The notes below the pieces were generated by a model. The model saw only the letters and a list, made by a program, of their open reading frames with translations, was not told where the DNA came from and searched no databases. A program made the position numbers and the translations under genes. 64,000 nt of DNA, from NCBI GenBank assembly GCA_040880425.1, contig JBBDIL010000027.1:39575-103574 (forward strand), read 5' to 3'. Shown piece after piece: positions 1-9,862 of this stretch (the stretch's first letter is position 1; every line of letters starts with the position of its first letter). Origin of the DNA: Burkholderiales bacterium (lineage in GTDB: Bacteria; Pseudomonadota; Gammaproteobacteria; Burkholderiales; Eutrophovitaceae).

Positions 1-537
1 TTGCGCCAGCGCGAGGAAAGCGTTCGGGTAATCGTTGAAGGACACCACGCGCACGCCGGGAACGGCCCGGCGGATATTCTGTTCAGAGGTCGAACCGCGG
101 ACCGAGCTGACCCGCTTGCCGCGGAGATCTGCAACCGATCTGACTCCGGAATCCCGGTGCACCAGCAGCTTCTGGCCGGTCATGAAATAGGTGTGGCTGA
201 AATCGATCTGCCGCTCACGCTGCTTCGTGTGCGTCATCGTCGCGATGATGAGGTCTATTTTGCCCTGGGTGAGTTCCGGGACGCGGGTGGCGGTTGTCAC
301 CGGAACCAGCCGCAGTTCCACGCCGAGTTCCCTGGCGATGGCGGCCGCAAAATCCACGTCATAGCCGACGACGGAACGGCTTTCCGGGCTGATAAAACCG
401 AAGGGCGGCGTGGCATCTTTCACGCCAACGACCAGCGTGCCTCTTGCCTTGATGTCGTCGAGCAGGTCGGCGGCCGCAAGCGCCGGTACGGCAGTGAGCA
501 GGATCGCGAACAGCAGTCTGATGATTCGGGCAGTCAT
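1..537 (-). CDS. Amino-acid ABC transporter periplasmic substrate-binding protein (family 3 SBP), C-terminally truncated by window edge
   Basis: Not in the ORF track because there is no stop in the window. Hand translation from ATG at 537 gives MTARIIRLLFAILLTAVPALAAADLLDDIKARGTLVVGVKDATPPFGF...VGYDVDFAAAIARELGV...GKIDLIIATMTHTKQRERQIDFSHTYF. That is a signal peptide plus typical SBP_bac_3 motifs. Confidence 0.75.
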   Translation of the reverse strand, partial: MTARIIRLLFAILLTAVPALAAADLLDDIKARGTLVVGVKDATPPFGFISPESRSVVGYDVDFAAAIARELGVELRLVPVTTATRVPELTQGKIDLIIATMTHTKQRERQIDFSHTYFMTGQKLLVHRDSGVRSVADLRGKRVSSVRGSTSEQNIRRAVPGVRVVSFNDYPNAFLALAQ

Positions 538-545
538 GTCGTGAT

Positions 546-1421
546 TCAGGCTGGTGGTCCGAGCAGAAACTTCTCGATCGTCTGCGCGAATGCTTCCGGC
601 TGGTCGTGGTGCATCATGTGGCTCGCGCCTTCGATTCTACACTCGGCAAGCTGCCGGTAAGACGCCCGGTAAGCGTCGACGGTTTCCGTGTCGCCCTTCA
701 TGAATCGCGTTACCCAGTCCGTGCCGCTGTGGACCCACAAGGTCGGCGCGGTGATGCGACGCCAGCAGGCCATGGCTTCTTCCACGCGGTACAACACCGG
801 GTTGGTCATCTTGTGACGCGGATCCGCGCGCAGTTCGACGCGCCCCGGCGCTTTCTCTTCAGCCCAGTGGACCGCAAGAAAGCGGGCGCGTTCATCGGTC
901 AGTCCGGGCGTATTGGCCTGCAGGCGGGCGGTGACTTCTGCATACGACGCGTATGGTTTGAATCCTGAGGGCTGGCGATTCTGATCCAGCCATTTGAGGT
1001 AGCGTTCCGGCGCTTTCTCGGGCGAAGTGCGTGGCAAGCCGAAGCCCTCTGCAAGCAGGAGCTTGCCGACGCGTTGCGGACGGATACCGGCAAACAACCC
1101 GGCAACGTTTCCGCCCATGCTGTGCCCGACGATGCCGACCGGCTCATCCGGCGCAAAGTGTTCCAGCAGTGCATCGAGGTCGGCCACGTAGTCCGGGAAC
1201 CAGTACCCGCCGGGCGCCCACTGCGTAAGTCCGAAGCCGCGCCAGTCCGGCGCCAGCACATGCCAGTCTTGCGTAAAGGCGTCGACCGTAAACTGGAACG
1301 ACGCTGAGACGTCCATCCACCCGTGCAGCATGAAAAGCTTCGGCGCAGACGGATTGCCCCAACTGCGAACGTGATAGCGCAGCCCCCGGATGTCGATGAA
1401 TTCGGAACTGTCTGGTTTCAA
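546..1421 (-). CDS. Alpha/beta-fold hydrolase
   Basis: 291 aa with an HGW oxyanion region and a GHSMGG nucleophile elbow. TTG start with GAGG 7 nt upstream. Confidence 0.85.
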   Translation of the reverse strand: MKPDSSEFIDIRGLRYHVRSWGNPSAPKLFMLHGWMDVSASFQFTVDAFTQDWHVLAPDWRGFGLTQWAPGGYWFPDYVADLDALLEHFAPDEPVGIVGHSMGGNVAGLFAGIRPQRVGKLLLAEGFGLPRTSPEKAPERYLKWLDQNRQPSGFKPYASYAEVTARLQANTPGLTDERARFLAVHWAEEKAPGRVELRADPRHKMTNPVLYRVEEAMACWRRITAPTLWVHSGTDWVTRFMKGDTETVDAYRASYRQLAECRIEGASHMMHHDQPEAFAQTIEKFLLGPPA

Positions 1422-1436
1422 GATTCAACCTCTTTC

Positions 1437-1620
1437 AACACGAAGGGGCACGAAGGAAACACGAAGGCTCACGAAGCAGGCAGGAGCGGACTCAGACCAA
1501 GCAGGCTTTCGAGCCCGGTACCGATGGCGTTAACGCGTAAGCCGCTCAACATCGTTATCGCTCGAGATATCCTTCTTTCCTTCGTGCTTCCTTTGTGTTT
1601 CCTTCGTGCTCCTTCGTGTT
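1437..1620. repeat. Intercistronic long inverted repeat, element A (ACGAAG-type arms, ~90 nt spacer)
   Basis: Left arm 1437-1480 is aacacgaaggggcacgaaggaaacacgaagg.... The reverse complement of right arm 1571-1620 is aacacgaaggagcacgaaggaaacacaaagg.... 29 of the first 31 positions match. The element fills the gap between two co-oriented (-) genes. Confidence 0.8.
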
Positions 1621-2275
1621 AGCGCTGTTCCGGGTTATCGATCTTTCGCCGGCGGGCGGGGCCTTGGGCCAGGCCCTCCGCAGGGCCGAAGCTCTCCCGG
1701 CGCAGCGCGTCCGGGTGGCGCAGGTAGTCAAGAAAAAACTCGGACGAATCGAATCCCCAGAAAAGCTGGTCATCGACAGCCAGGGTCGGTACGCCGAACA
1801 CGCCGCGGGAGATGGCTTCTTCGCCGTTGCGCCGGAGGGCGTCCTTGACCGCCCGATCCGCGACCAGGGCGTCGGCGTCGCTGGCGTCCAGCCGATAGGC
1901 AAGCGTCTTCCATTCCGCCGGGTCGCCGATATCGCGGCCTTCCCGCCAAATGAAATCAAAAATCGCCTGCACCACTTCGATGCGATTGCCCAGGGCGATC
2001 GCGAGCCGCAGAGGTGGCAGCGGATTGAACGGGTGCGAAGGCGGCAGCTTCATGGGGATACCGTGGCGCCGGGCGAGCCAAAGCGCATGGCGGAAAGTAA
2101 ACGTGCGCTTCGGCGCGATCTCCGCGGGGCCGAGCTGGCCGTAATGGTCCAGCAGTGCCGCGAACAGCACCGGTCTCGGCGTAATCGTCGCGTGCCGGGA
2201 CAACTCCTCAATCTTCGCCGACTGCAAATAGGCGAAGGGCGAGATGAAGTCGAAATACCAGTCTGCAGTGACCAT
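1619..2275 (-). CDS. 2-hydroxychromene-2-carboxylate isomerase family protein (DsbA-like thioredoxin fold)
   Basis: 218 aa. The N-terminal WYFDFISPFAY motif and the C-terminal GVFGVPT...LFWGFD motif are typical of the HCCA isomerase/DsbA-like family. Confidence 0.8.
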   Translation of the reverse strand: MVTADWYFDFISPFAYLQSAKIEELSRHATITPRPVLFAALLDHYGQLGPAEIAPKRTFTFRHALWLARRHGIPMKLPPSHPFNPLPPLRLAIALGNRIEVVQAIFDFIWREGRDIGDPAEWKTLAYRLDASDADALVADRAVKDALRRNGEEAISRGVFGVPTLAVDDQLFWGFDSSEFFLDYLRHPDALRRESFGPAEGLAQGPARRRKIDNPEQR

Positions 2276-2308
2276 ATTTTATTTCCCGCTTCCTGCGAAG
2301 GTGAATAC

Positions 2309-2481
2309 AAAAAGCGAAACACGAAGACACAAAGGAATTCAAGCAAGAACACGAGTTGTTGCGGCGTGACAATGCTCCGTCATTGTCCCAGGGTCTCGAT
2401 GACCTGTGGCTTCCACTCACTTGTGAAAAGACTTTGTTTCAGTTCTTCTTCGTGTCTTCGTGCCTTAGTGTTTCGCTTTTT
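2309..2481. repeat. Intercistronic long inverted repeat, element B (GCGAAACACGAAG-type arms)
   Basis: Left arm is aaaaagcgaaacacgaagacacaaagg.... The reverse complement of the right arm is aaaaagcgaaacactaaggcacgaagacacgaag.... It lies between the EamA stop and the HCCA-isomerase start, both on the - strand. Confidence 0.8.
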
Positions 2482-2496
2482 CGGGGTGTTGCCAGC

Positions 2497-3405
2497 TTAC
2501 TCCTGTCCCATCAGCGGCTCGGTTCGTTCATGCCTGCGGATCGTCAGCCACGACACCAGCGCCAGCGCGATGCCGATCAGCAGCATGCCGGCGAGTTCGA
2601 TCGCAGCCGGCCTTTCGCCCAGTTGCAGCCAGGATGCCAGCGTGGCGATGACCGGCACACCGAGCGATGACAGGCTGGTGGTGCCGGCCGGCAGCCGGTG
2701 CAGTACGTACAGCCACATCGCCCAGCCTACGCCGGTGGCGATCGCGCCGTTGAATAGCGCACAGGCGATGAAGGTGCCGGTCCAGTCGATCGTGCTGTCG
2801 TCGAAAGCGGAATCGAGTATCAGTACCGGTATCGTACCGAACAGCATCTGCCAGAAGGTAAAAGAAATCACGTCCACCGGCTCGCGGTTGTGCAGACGCT
2901 TTGCATAGACCACACCGATTGCCCAGCATATGCCTGCCAGCACGGCCAGCACCTTGCTCAGCAGCGCAGTGCGCATGGTCCATGGCTGCAGGATGAGAGT
3001 CAGCCCGATCAGCGCCAGCGCAATCGCCAGCCACTGCCAGCCGCGGATGCGCTCGCCCAGCACCGGCCAGGCGAAAATCAGCACCCAGAAGGGCATGGTG
3101 AATACCAGTACCGAGGTCTTGCCCGCGCCGCTCCCGGACAGCGCCCAGGTGTTGAGGATGATGAACGCCGCGGTCTGTACCAGCCCGATGAAGATCGCCC
3201 AGCGGAAGTGCTGTGGCCGCAGCGATGCGCGTGACCACAGCATGAACACGAACAGCGACGCGCTGCCGAGCACCACGCGTATCGCCGAGAAATCCAGCGG
3301 GCTCGCATACTCGAGTGCGATCTTCGAGGTGATCCAGCTGTAGCCCCATAACAGGACCAGCGCAATCATGACCAGACCCGCCTTGCGGGTTTCGCGCGCG
3401 CTCAT
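2497..3405 (-). CDS. EamA/DMT-family transporter
   Basis: This is the C-terminal 302 aa of the 883-aa track ORF, starting MSARETRKAGLVMIALVLLWGYSW.... It has about ten hydrophobic helices and a duplicated EamA pattern. The upstream part of the track ORF is antisense to dnaE. Confidence 0.85.
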   Translation of the reverse strand: MSARETRKAGLVMIALVLLWGYSWITSKIALEYASPLDFSAIRVVLGSASLFVFMLWSRASLRPQHFRWAIFIGLVQTAAFIILNTWALSGSGAGKTSVLVFTMPFWVLIFAWPVLGERIRGWQWLAIALALIGLTLILQPWTMRTALLSKVLAVLAGICWAIGVVYAKRLHNREPVDVISFTFWQMLFGTIPVLILDSAFDDSTIDWTGTFIACALFNGAIATGVGWAMWLYVLHRLPAGTTSLSSLGVPVIATLASWLQLGERPAAIELAGMLLIGIALALVSWLTIRRHERTEPLMGQE

Positions 3406-3603
3406 GCCGGGCCGATGCGCGGCCCCGATGGCCAGAACAAGCGGTGGTGAAAGGTCATGTGATTGAAAAGATTCGAATCTGAAACGGTGAGACGGCGCGG
3501 TTGCGCGCTGCGGAGACCGCGCATTGTACTGAATCGCCATGAGCGGTCGCACGCTGGTCGTGTGTTCGTGCGTAACCGGGGCCGCACGACGTAAAATACC
3601 CGC

Positions 3604-6600
3604 ATGGATCGGCCGCGCTTCGTACACCTCCGTTTGCACAGCGAGTATTCGATCTCGGACGGCATCGTGCGGCTGGACGATGCATGTGCAAAGGCCGCAG
3701 AAGACCAGATGCCGGCGCTTGCGCTCACCGATCTCTCCAACCTGTTCGGCATGGTCAAGTTTTACCAGGCCGCGCGCGAGAAAGGCGTCCAGCCGATCAT
3801 CGGCTGCGATGTGTGGATCAGCAACGACGCTGAACGCGACAAGCCGCACCGGCTGCTGCTGCTGGTGCAGTCCCGGGAAGGATATCTGCGGCTCTGCGAC
3901 TGGCTGACGCGCGCGTTTCAGGGTAACCAGCACCGCGGCCGCGCGGAGATCCGGCGGGAGTGGCTGGGCGAGCGCGGCACCGACGGGCTGATCGCGCTTT
4001 CGGGTGGGCAATATGGCGACACGGGCCACGCGCTGCTTGTCGGCAATGCCGAATCCGCACAGCGCTTCGCCGGCGAATGGGCCGGCCTGTTCCCGGGCCG
4101 GTATTACATCGAGATTCAGCGCGCCGGACACCCTCAGGCCGAACACCTTGTGCAGCAATCGATCCGGCTCGCATCCCGCCTTCGATTGCCGGTGGTGGCC
4201 ACACACCCCGTGCAGTTCCTCACGCCCGGGGAATTCACCGCGCACGAAGCCCGCGTCTGCATCTCCGAGGGCTACGTGCTGTCCGACCAGCGCCGGCCGC
4301 GGGTTTTCACGGATCAGCAGTACTTCAAGACCCAGGACGAGATGGCGGAGCTGTTCGCCGACCTGCCGCAGGCGCTGGAAAACGCGGTGGAAATCGCGCG
4401 ACGCTGCAGTTTCGAACTGGAGTTGGGCAAGGCCAGGCTGCCGCTGTTTCCGACGCCGAACGACGTGCCGTTCGAGACCTACCTGCGCGAGCAGGCGCTT
4501 GCCGGGCTGGAGCAGCGCATGGCGAAGCTCTACCCGGAGCCGGCCGAGCGTGAGAGGCAGATGCCCCGCTACCGGGAACGCCTGGATTTCGAATGCGACA
4601 CCATCGTGCAGATGGGCTTCCCGGGGTACTTCCTGATCGTTGCCGATTTCATCAACTGGGCCAAGACCAACAGCGTGCCGGTTGGCCCCGGGCGCGGTTC
4701 CGGCGCAGGTTCGCTGGTGGCGTATTCGCTGGGCATCACCGACCTCGATCCGCTGCGCTACGACCTGCTGTTCGAGCGCTTCCTCAACCCGGAACGGGTA
4801 TCGATGCCGGACTTCGACGTCGACTTCTGCCAGGACGGCAGGGATCGCGTGATCGACTACGTGCGGCGGAAGTACGGTGGCGAGTCGGTTTCGCAGATCG
4901 TCACTTTCGGCACCATGGCGGCGAAAGCAGTGGTGCGCGATGTCGGCCGGGTGATGGAATGGAACTACGGCCGCACCGATGAACTGGCGAAACTCATTCC
5001 CTTTCAGCCGGGCAAGCTGATCACGCTGCAGATGGCGCGCGAGATGGAGCCGCGGCTGAAGGAGCGCGAAGAGACTGACGAGGAAACCCGCGAGCTGCTG
5101 GCGCTGGCCGAACAGCTCGAAGGTCTGACCCGCAACGTCGGCATGCACGCCGGTGGCGTGCTGATCGCGCCGGGCAAGCTGGCCGATTTCTGCCCGCTGT
5201 ATGCGGCATCCGGTTCGGAGAGCGTAGTGTCGCAGCTCGACAAGGACGACGTCGAATCCATCGGCCTGGTGAAGTTCGATTTTCTCGGGCTGACGACGCT
5301 CACCATCCTCGACTGGACACTGCGCTTCATCAAGCGCCTGGATCCGTCATCGGATATCCGCCTGGAGGAGCTGCCGCTGGACGATGCGGCCGCTTACCGT
5401 ATTTTCTCCAGCGCCAACACCACCACGGTATTCCAGTTTGAATCGCGTGGCATGCGCGAGCTGCTCAAGCAGGCGCGCCCCGACCGTTTCGAGGACATCA
5501 TCGCGCTGGTCGCGCTGTACCGGCCGGGGCCGATGGAACTGATCCCGGACTTCGTCCGGCGCAAGCAGGGCGTGGAGCGTGTCGAGTATCTCGATCCGCG
5601 CCTGGAGCCGATCCTGAGTCCGACCTACGGCATCATGGTCTATCAGGAGCAGGTGATGCAGATCGCGCAGGTCATCGGCGGTTACTCGCTGGGCGCCGCC
5701 GACCTGCTGCGCCGCGCGATGGGCAAGAAGAAGGCGGAAGAGATGGCGCAGCATCGCGACGTCTTCACGGCGGGCGCGGTAAAGAACGGCGTGACCGAAG
5801 GCAGGGCGCGACAGCTGTTTGACCTGATGGAGAAATTCGCCGGCTACGGTTTCAACAAGTCGCACGCCGCCGCCTATGCGCTGGTCGCATACCAGACCGC
5901 GTACTTCAAGGCGCATCATCCGTCCGCGTTCATGGCGGCAAACCTGTCGGCGGTGATGGACGACACCGACAAGGTGCAGCAGTTCTACGAGGACGCGGTG
6001 GCAAACAATCTCGAAGTGCTGCCGCCGGACATCCAGACCGGCGAATATCGCTTCGCGCCGGTCGATACGAAACAGATCCGCTACGGGCTCGGCGCAGTCA
6101 AGGGCACCGGCGAATCCGCCATCAACGAGATCATCCGGGCGCGAGACGAAGCCGGACCGTTCAAGGACCTGTTCGATTTCTGCCGCCGTGTCGACAAGCG
6201 CATCGTCAACCGGCGCACGGTCGAATCGCTGGTACGCGCCGGCGCATTCGATTCCATCGACGATCATCGCGCGCGCCTGCTGGCATCGGTTGGCATTGCG
6301 ATGGAAGCCGCGGAACAGGAAAGCCGCGCCGCGTCGCAGGTCAGCCTGTTCGGCGAATCCGGGCCGGACGTGGAAGGGCCGAAGCTGATCGAGACGCCGC
6401 GCTGGGACAAACGCGAGCAACTGCAGAACGAGAAACTTGCGCTCGGCTATTACTACAGCGGCCACCCCTTCGAAGCCTACGCCACCGAAGTGCAGGAATT
6501 TTCGCGCACCCGGCTGGGCGGTATCCAGCCGCAGGGGCAGGTCGTAGTGGTTGCCGGCATCATCTATGCGATCCGCACACAACAGACACGTCGCGGCAGG

Positions 6601-7032
6601 ATGGCGGTGGTGGTCCTGGACGATGGCACCGGCCGGATTGAAATTCCGATCTTCAATGAGCTGTTCGAGCAGCACCGGCCGTGGCTGAAGGAGGACCAGC
6701 TGCTGGTGGTCGAGGGCAAGGCGACGTTCGACAATTTCATCCAGGGTTTGCGCCTTACCGCCGATCGCCTCTACGACCTCGCGGCTGCGCGCAACCGTTT
6801 CGCGCGCGGCGTGCGCCTGCACTGCAACGGCCAGTCGAACGGCCAGAAGCTGAAGGAACTGCTGGCGCCGTATCGTAACGGCGATGTGCCGGTGAAAGTG
6901 GTCTATACCAATGGTGCGGCGATAGCCGAGATCGAACTCGGCGAGGACTGGAAGGTCAAGCTGGACGACGGACTGATGGATTCGCTCGGGCAATGGATCG
7001 AGCGCAGGAACATCGAGATCGTTTACCAGTAG
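3604..7032 (+). CDS. dnaE: DNA polymerase III alpha subunit
   Basis: 1142 aa with a PHP-domain N-terminus (FVHLRLHSEYS), GFPGYFLIV, and the PDFDVDF catalytic motif. Confidence 0.98.
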   Translation: MDRPRFVHLRLHSEYSISDGIVRLDDACAKAAEDQMPALALTDLSNLFGMVKFYQAAREKGVQPIIGCDVWISNDAERDKPHRLLLLVQSREGYLRLCDWLTRAFQGNQHRGRAEIRREWLGERGTDGLIALSGGQYGDTGHALLVGNAESAQRFAGEWAGLFPGRYYIEIQRAGHPQAEHLVQQSIRLASRLRLPVVATHPVQFLTPGEFTAHEARVCISEGYVLSDQRRPRVFTDQQYFKTQDEMAELFADLPQALENAVEIARRCSFELELGKARLPLFPTPNDVPFETYLREQALAGLEQRMAKLYPEPAERERQMPRYRERLDFECDTIVQMGFPGYFLIVADFINWAKTNSVPVGPGRGSGAGSLVAYSLGITDLDPLRYDLLFERFLNPERVSMPDFDVDFCQDGRDRVIDYVRRKYGGESVSQIVTFGTMAAKAVVRDVGRVMEWNYGRTDELAKLIPFQPGKLITLQMAREMEPRLKEREETDEETRELLALAEQLEGLTRNVGMHAGGVLIAPGKLADFCPLYAASGSESVVSQLDKDDVESIGLVKFDFLGLTTLTILDWTLRFIKRLDPSSDIRLEELPLDDAAAYRIFSSANTTTVFQFESRGMRELLKQARPDRFEDIIALVALYRPGPMELIPDFVRRKQGVERVEYLDPRLEPILSPTYGIMVYQEQVMQIAQVIGGYSLGAADLLRRAMGKKKAEEMAQHRDVFTAGAVKNGVTEGRARQLFDLMEKFAGYGFNKSHAAAYALVAYQTAYFKAHHPSAFMAANLSAVMDDTDKVQQFYEDAVANNLEVLPPDIQTGEYRFAPVDTKQIRYGLGAVKGTGESAINEIIRARDEAGPFKDLFDFCRRVDKRIVNRRTVESLVRAGAFDSIDDHRARLLASVGIAMEAAEQESRAASQVSLFGESGPDVEGPKLIETPRWDKREQLQNEKLALGYYYSGHPFEAYATEVQEFSRTRLGGIQPQGQVVVVAGIIYAIRTQQTRRGRMAVVVLDDGTGRIEIPIFNELFEQHRPWLKEDQLLVVEGKATFDNFIQGLRLTADRLYDLAAARNRFARGVRLHCNGQSNGQKLKELLAPYRNGDVPVKVVYTNGAAIAEIELGEDWKVKLDDGLMDSLGQWIERRNIEIVYQ

Positions 7033-7135
7033 AGCGAAGGAGCCGGCCGGTTCGCCTACCTTCTTCCCGGCGGTCTTCTTCGGGTTTTGTTTCTTTTGGT
7101 GATCCTGGTGGCTCGCAGTGCCCTTCGTTGCCCCA

Positions 7136-7408
7136 CTATTCAGTCGGGGTGACTTCGAAGTTCCGGTAGTGGCCAATGCCGTCGTGGATTTCGACGCTGG
7201 TCACATGCGCCGTGCGCGGGCCCGACTTGGCCCAGCTGATGATCGATTCGACCGCCTCTGGATTGCCTTGAACCATCGCCTCCACCGTGCCGTCGCGACG
7301 GTTGCGCACCCAGCCGGTCACGCCCAGCTCCAGTGCGCGGATCCGCATCGAATCGCGATACGCCACGCCTTGCACGCGGCCGTGAATGATGAGGTGTCTG
7401 GTTACCAT
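7136..7408 (-). CDS. acyP: Acylphosphatase
   Basis: 90 aa with the acylphosphatase signatures GRVQGVAYR and GWVRNRRDGTVE. Confidence 0.9.
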   Translation of the reverse strand: MVTRHLIIHGRVQGVAYRDSMRIRALELGVTGWVRNRRDGTVEAMVQGNPEAVESIISWAKSGPRTAHVTSVEIHDGIGHYRNFEVTPTE

Positions 7409-7430
7409 GTCGTCAACGGCTTACGAGCGT

Positions 7431-7674
7431 AAAAGCGAAACACGAAGGCACGAAGAAAAGCGAAAACAGAAAAGAGTTCTCGACGCTGACGAATCAATTC
7501 CGTATGGATACCTGCAACAGTGGTCGCGGCAACTGAGTGCGAAGATCGGATTCTACTTCGTGACTTCGTGACTTCGTGACTTTGGCGCCGGCATCACGTT
7601 GGCTTCGCAAACGTGAGCCTGCTCCTCAACAAGTCGCGATGCGGCGTGTTGTGTGTTTCGCTCTTCTTTTCGTT
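7431..7674. repeat. Composite intercistronic inverted-repeat element C
   Basis: Left arm 7431-7474 (aaaagcgaaacacgaaggcacgaag...). Internal pyrimidine arm 7556-7580 is cttcgtga repeated three times. Second right arm 7651-7674 (gtgtgtttcgctcttcttttcgtt) is complementary to gcgaaacac in the left arm. It lies between metG and acyP, both on the - strand. Confidence 0.75.
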
Positions 7675-7680
7675 CAACGC

Positions 7681-9753
7681 CTATTTGACCTTCATACCCG
7701 GCTCGGCGCCTTCGTCGACGTCGAGCAGGAAAATACCCGGCCCCTCGCCGCTGGCGGCAAGCACCATACCCTGCGATTCGCCGAAGCGCATCTTGCGCGG
7801 CTGCAGGTTGGCCACCATCACGGTGAGCCTGCCTTTCAGTTGTTCCGGGTCGTAGGCCGACTTGATGCCTGCGAACACCTGGCGGGTCCCGGTGCCGATG
7901 TCCAGCGTCAGCTTGATCAACTTGTCCGCGCCTTCGACATGTTCTGCGTTGACGATACGCGCGATGCGCAGGTCGACCTTGGTGAAATCGTCGATCGTGA
8001 TCGTCGGGGCTTGTGTTGCGGTCTCCACGGCTTTCTCCTGGTGCTGCGCATGGCGCTGCGGCGAATGCGATTGCGGTTTGGCCTGCAGGTCTTCCTTGCT
8101 GGCTTCGACCAGTGCGTCGATCTGTTTGCGATCGACGCGGGTCATGAGGTGCTGGTATGGCTTGATGACGTGGCCTGCCGGCAGATGCTTCCACGCGTGA
8201 TTCCACTTCAACTCGGGGATATTGAACAGGCTCTCCACGTTCTGTGCGAGCTGCGGCAGCACCGGTTTCAGATAAAGAGCGAGATCGCGAAAGAGCGCCA
8301 TCGCAGTTGAACATACGGCGTGCAACTCGTCGCGTCGATCTTCCGACTTCGCGATCTCCCAGGGTCTCTTCGCATCGACGTACTGATTGGCGAGGTCAGC
8401 GAGCTGCATGATCTTGCGCAACGCCTTCCCGAACTCGCGTTCATCGTAGTGCTCCGAGATCTCCCGGGAGGCAGGCGCGAACGCCTTCTCGATCTCCGGC
8501 GGGAAATCCGGCTTTCCGAGTTTGCCCTCGAACTTCTTGGTGATGAATCCTGCACAGCGACTGGCGATATTCACGAACTTGCCAACCAGGTCGCTGTTCA
8601 CCCGCGCCACGAAATCGTCGAGGCTGAGGTCGATGTCCTCCATTGTCGAGTTGAGTTTGGCGGCGTAGTAATAACGCAGCCACTCGGGGTTCAGGCCCTG
8701 GGCGAGGTAGCTTTCCGCGGTGATGAAAGTGCCGCGCGACTTGGACATCTTCTGGCCATCGACCGTTAGGAAGCCGTGCGCAAATACGCGGGTCGGCGCG
8801 CGGTAGCCGGCGAAGCGCAGCATGGCGGGCCAGAACAGGGCGTGGAAGTAGAGGATGTCCTTGCCGATGAAATGAACCATCTCGGCCTTGGAGTCCGGGC
8901 CGATCCAGGCGTCGAGATCGATGCCCTTCTGCGATGCGAGGTTCTTGAAGCTGCCGAGGTAGCCGATCGGCGCATCCAGCCAGACGTAGAAGTATTTGCC
9001 AGGGGCGCCGGGAATCTCGAAACCGAAGTAGGGTGCATCGCGCGAGATGTCCCAGTCGTTCAGGCCCTGATCGAACCACTCGCGGATCTTGTTGCGTGCT
9101 TCGGACTGTTCCAGAAAATGGCTGCCGTCCGGCAACGGGTTCTGGGTGATCTGCTTGAGAAAGGGCTCGCATTTCCCGAGCTGGAAAAAGTAGTGCTCGG
9201 AAGTCTTGCGAACAGGCTTTGCGCCCGAGACGACCGAGTAGGGATTTTTCAGGTCGGTGGGGTTGTAAGTGGAACCGCAGACCTCGCAGGAATCGCCATA
9301 CTGATCCTTGGCGCCGCATTTCGGGCATTCGCCCTTGATGAAGCGGTCCGGCAGGAACATGTTCTTGACCGGGTCATAGAACTGCTCGACCGAACGCACG
9401 TCGATCAGATCCGCGGCTTTCAGCTTGGTGTAGATGTCCTCGGAGAACCAGCGGGTTTCGTCGGAATGCGTCGTGTAGTAGTTGTCGAACTGCACGTGGA
9501 AGCCTGCAAAGTCCCGCGTATGCTCCTTCCATACCCGGGCGATCAGCTCCTCGGGCGTGATGCCTTCCTTCTCGGCGCGCAGCATGACAGGGGTGCCATG
9601 CGTGTCGTCCGCGCAGACGTAATGCACCTCGTGACCCTGCATCTTCTGAAAGCGCACCCAGATATCGGTCTGGATGTACTCGACGAGATGGCCGAGGTGG
9701 ATGCTCCCATTGGCATACGGGAGCGCGGAAGTGACAAGGATTTTGCGCGCCAT
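7681..9753 (-). CDS. metG: Methionine--tRNA ligase
   Basis: 690 aa with the HIGH-type motif ([11 protein letters not shown]), KMSKS, zinc-knuckle CPKCG...CEVCG, and a C-terminal tRNA-binding domain. Confidence 0.98.
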   Translation of the reverse strand: MARKILVTSALPYANGSIHLGHLVEYIQTDIWVRFQKMQGHEVHYVCADDTHGTPVMLRAEKEGITPEELIARVWKEHTRDFAGFHVQFDNYYTTHSDETRWFSEDIYTKLKAADLIDVRSVEQFYDPVKNMFLPDRFIKGECPKCGAKDQYGDSCEVCGSTYNPTDLKNPYSVVSGAKPVRKTSEHYFFQLGKCEPFLKQITQNPLPDGSHFLEQSEARNKIREWFDQGLNDWDISRDAPYFGFEIPGAPGKYFYVWLDAPIGYLGSFKNLASQKGIDLDAWIGPDSKAEMVHFIGKDILYFHALFWPAMLRFAGYRAPTRVFAHGFLTVDGQKMSKSRGTFITAESYLAQGLNPEWLRYYYAAKLNSTMEDIDLSLDDFVARVNSDLVGKFVNIASRCAGFITKKFEGKLGKPDFPPEIEKAFAPASREISEHYDEREFGKALRKIMQLADLANQYVDAKRPWEIAKSEDRRDELHAVCSTAMALFRDLALYLKPVLPQLAQNVESLFNIPELKWNHAWKHLPAGHVIKPYQHLMTRVDRKQIDALVEASKEDLQAKPQSHSPQRHAQHQEKAVETATQAPTITIDDFTKVDLRIARIVNAEHVEGADKLIKLTLDIGTGTRQVFAGIKSAYDPEQLKGRLTVMVANLQPRKMRFGESQGMVLAASGEGPGIFLLDVDEGAEPGMKVK

Positions 9754-9862
9754 CTGGACTTCTGCAGAAAAGCGGGAATTCTAGCAAACGCTCCGCTGTC
9801 GAAGTGTCCCGCGAACAAGCTTTTCGTTAGAATCCCACGCTTGACTTGGAAGGATGCAATTC

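Noticed and set aside
1-660. 219-aa + strand ORF at the window start
   Set aside because: The - strand encodes a convincing SBP (1-537) and the end of the hydrolase. The + strand frame has no motifs.
1323-1622. Small ORFs translating the repeat arms (e.g. ...NTKGHEGNTKAHEA..., and similar at 2356-2670, 7386-7571)
   Set aside because: The peptide repeats are just translations of the tandem DNA words in the inverted-repeat arms. There is no RBS, and the arms are better explained as RNA or DNA structure.
2497-5148. 883-aa ORF on the - strand
   Set aside because: Only the last 302 codons (2497-3405, the EamA transporter) look real. The upstream 580 codons are antisense to dnaE, Arg/Ala/Gly-rich with no motifs, and are the usual high-GC antisense open frame.
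7033-7135. Possible degenerate eighth inverted-repeat copy, or dnaE/acyP bidirectional terminator (gcgaaggag ... ccttcttc ... cttcttcgggttttgtttctttt)
   Set aside because: The complementary stretches are only 4-5 bp, so I could not define a convincing stem.
5347-7176. 609-aa ORF antisense to dnaE
   Set aside because: The opposite strand encodes an unmistakable DnaE. The composition is a typical GC-rich shadow ORF.
7556-7580. Triple tandem repeat cttcgtga considered as a CRISPR array or microsatellite locus
   Set aside because: The period is 8 nt with no spacers and no cas genes. It is the pyrimidine arm of inverted-repeat element C.
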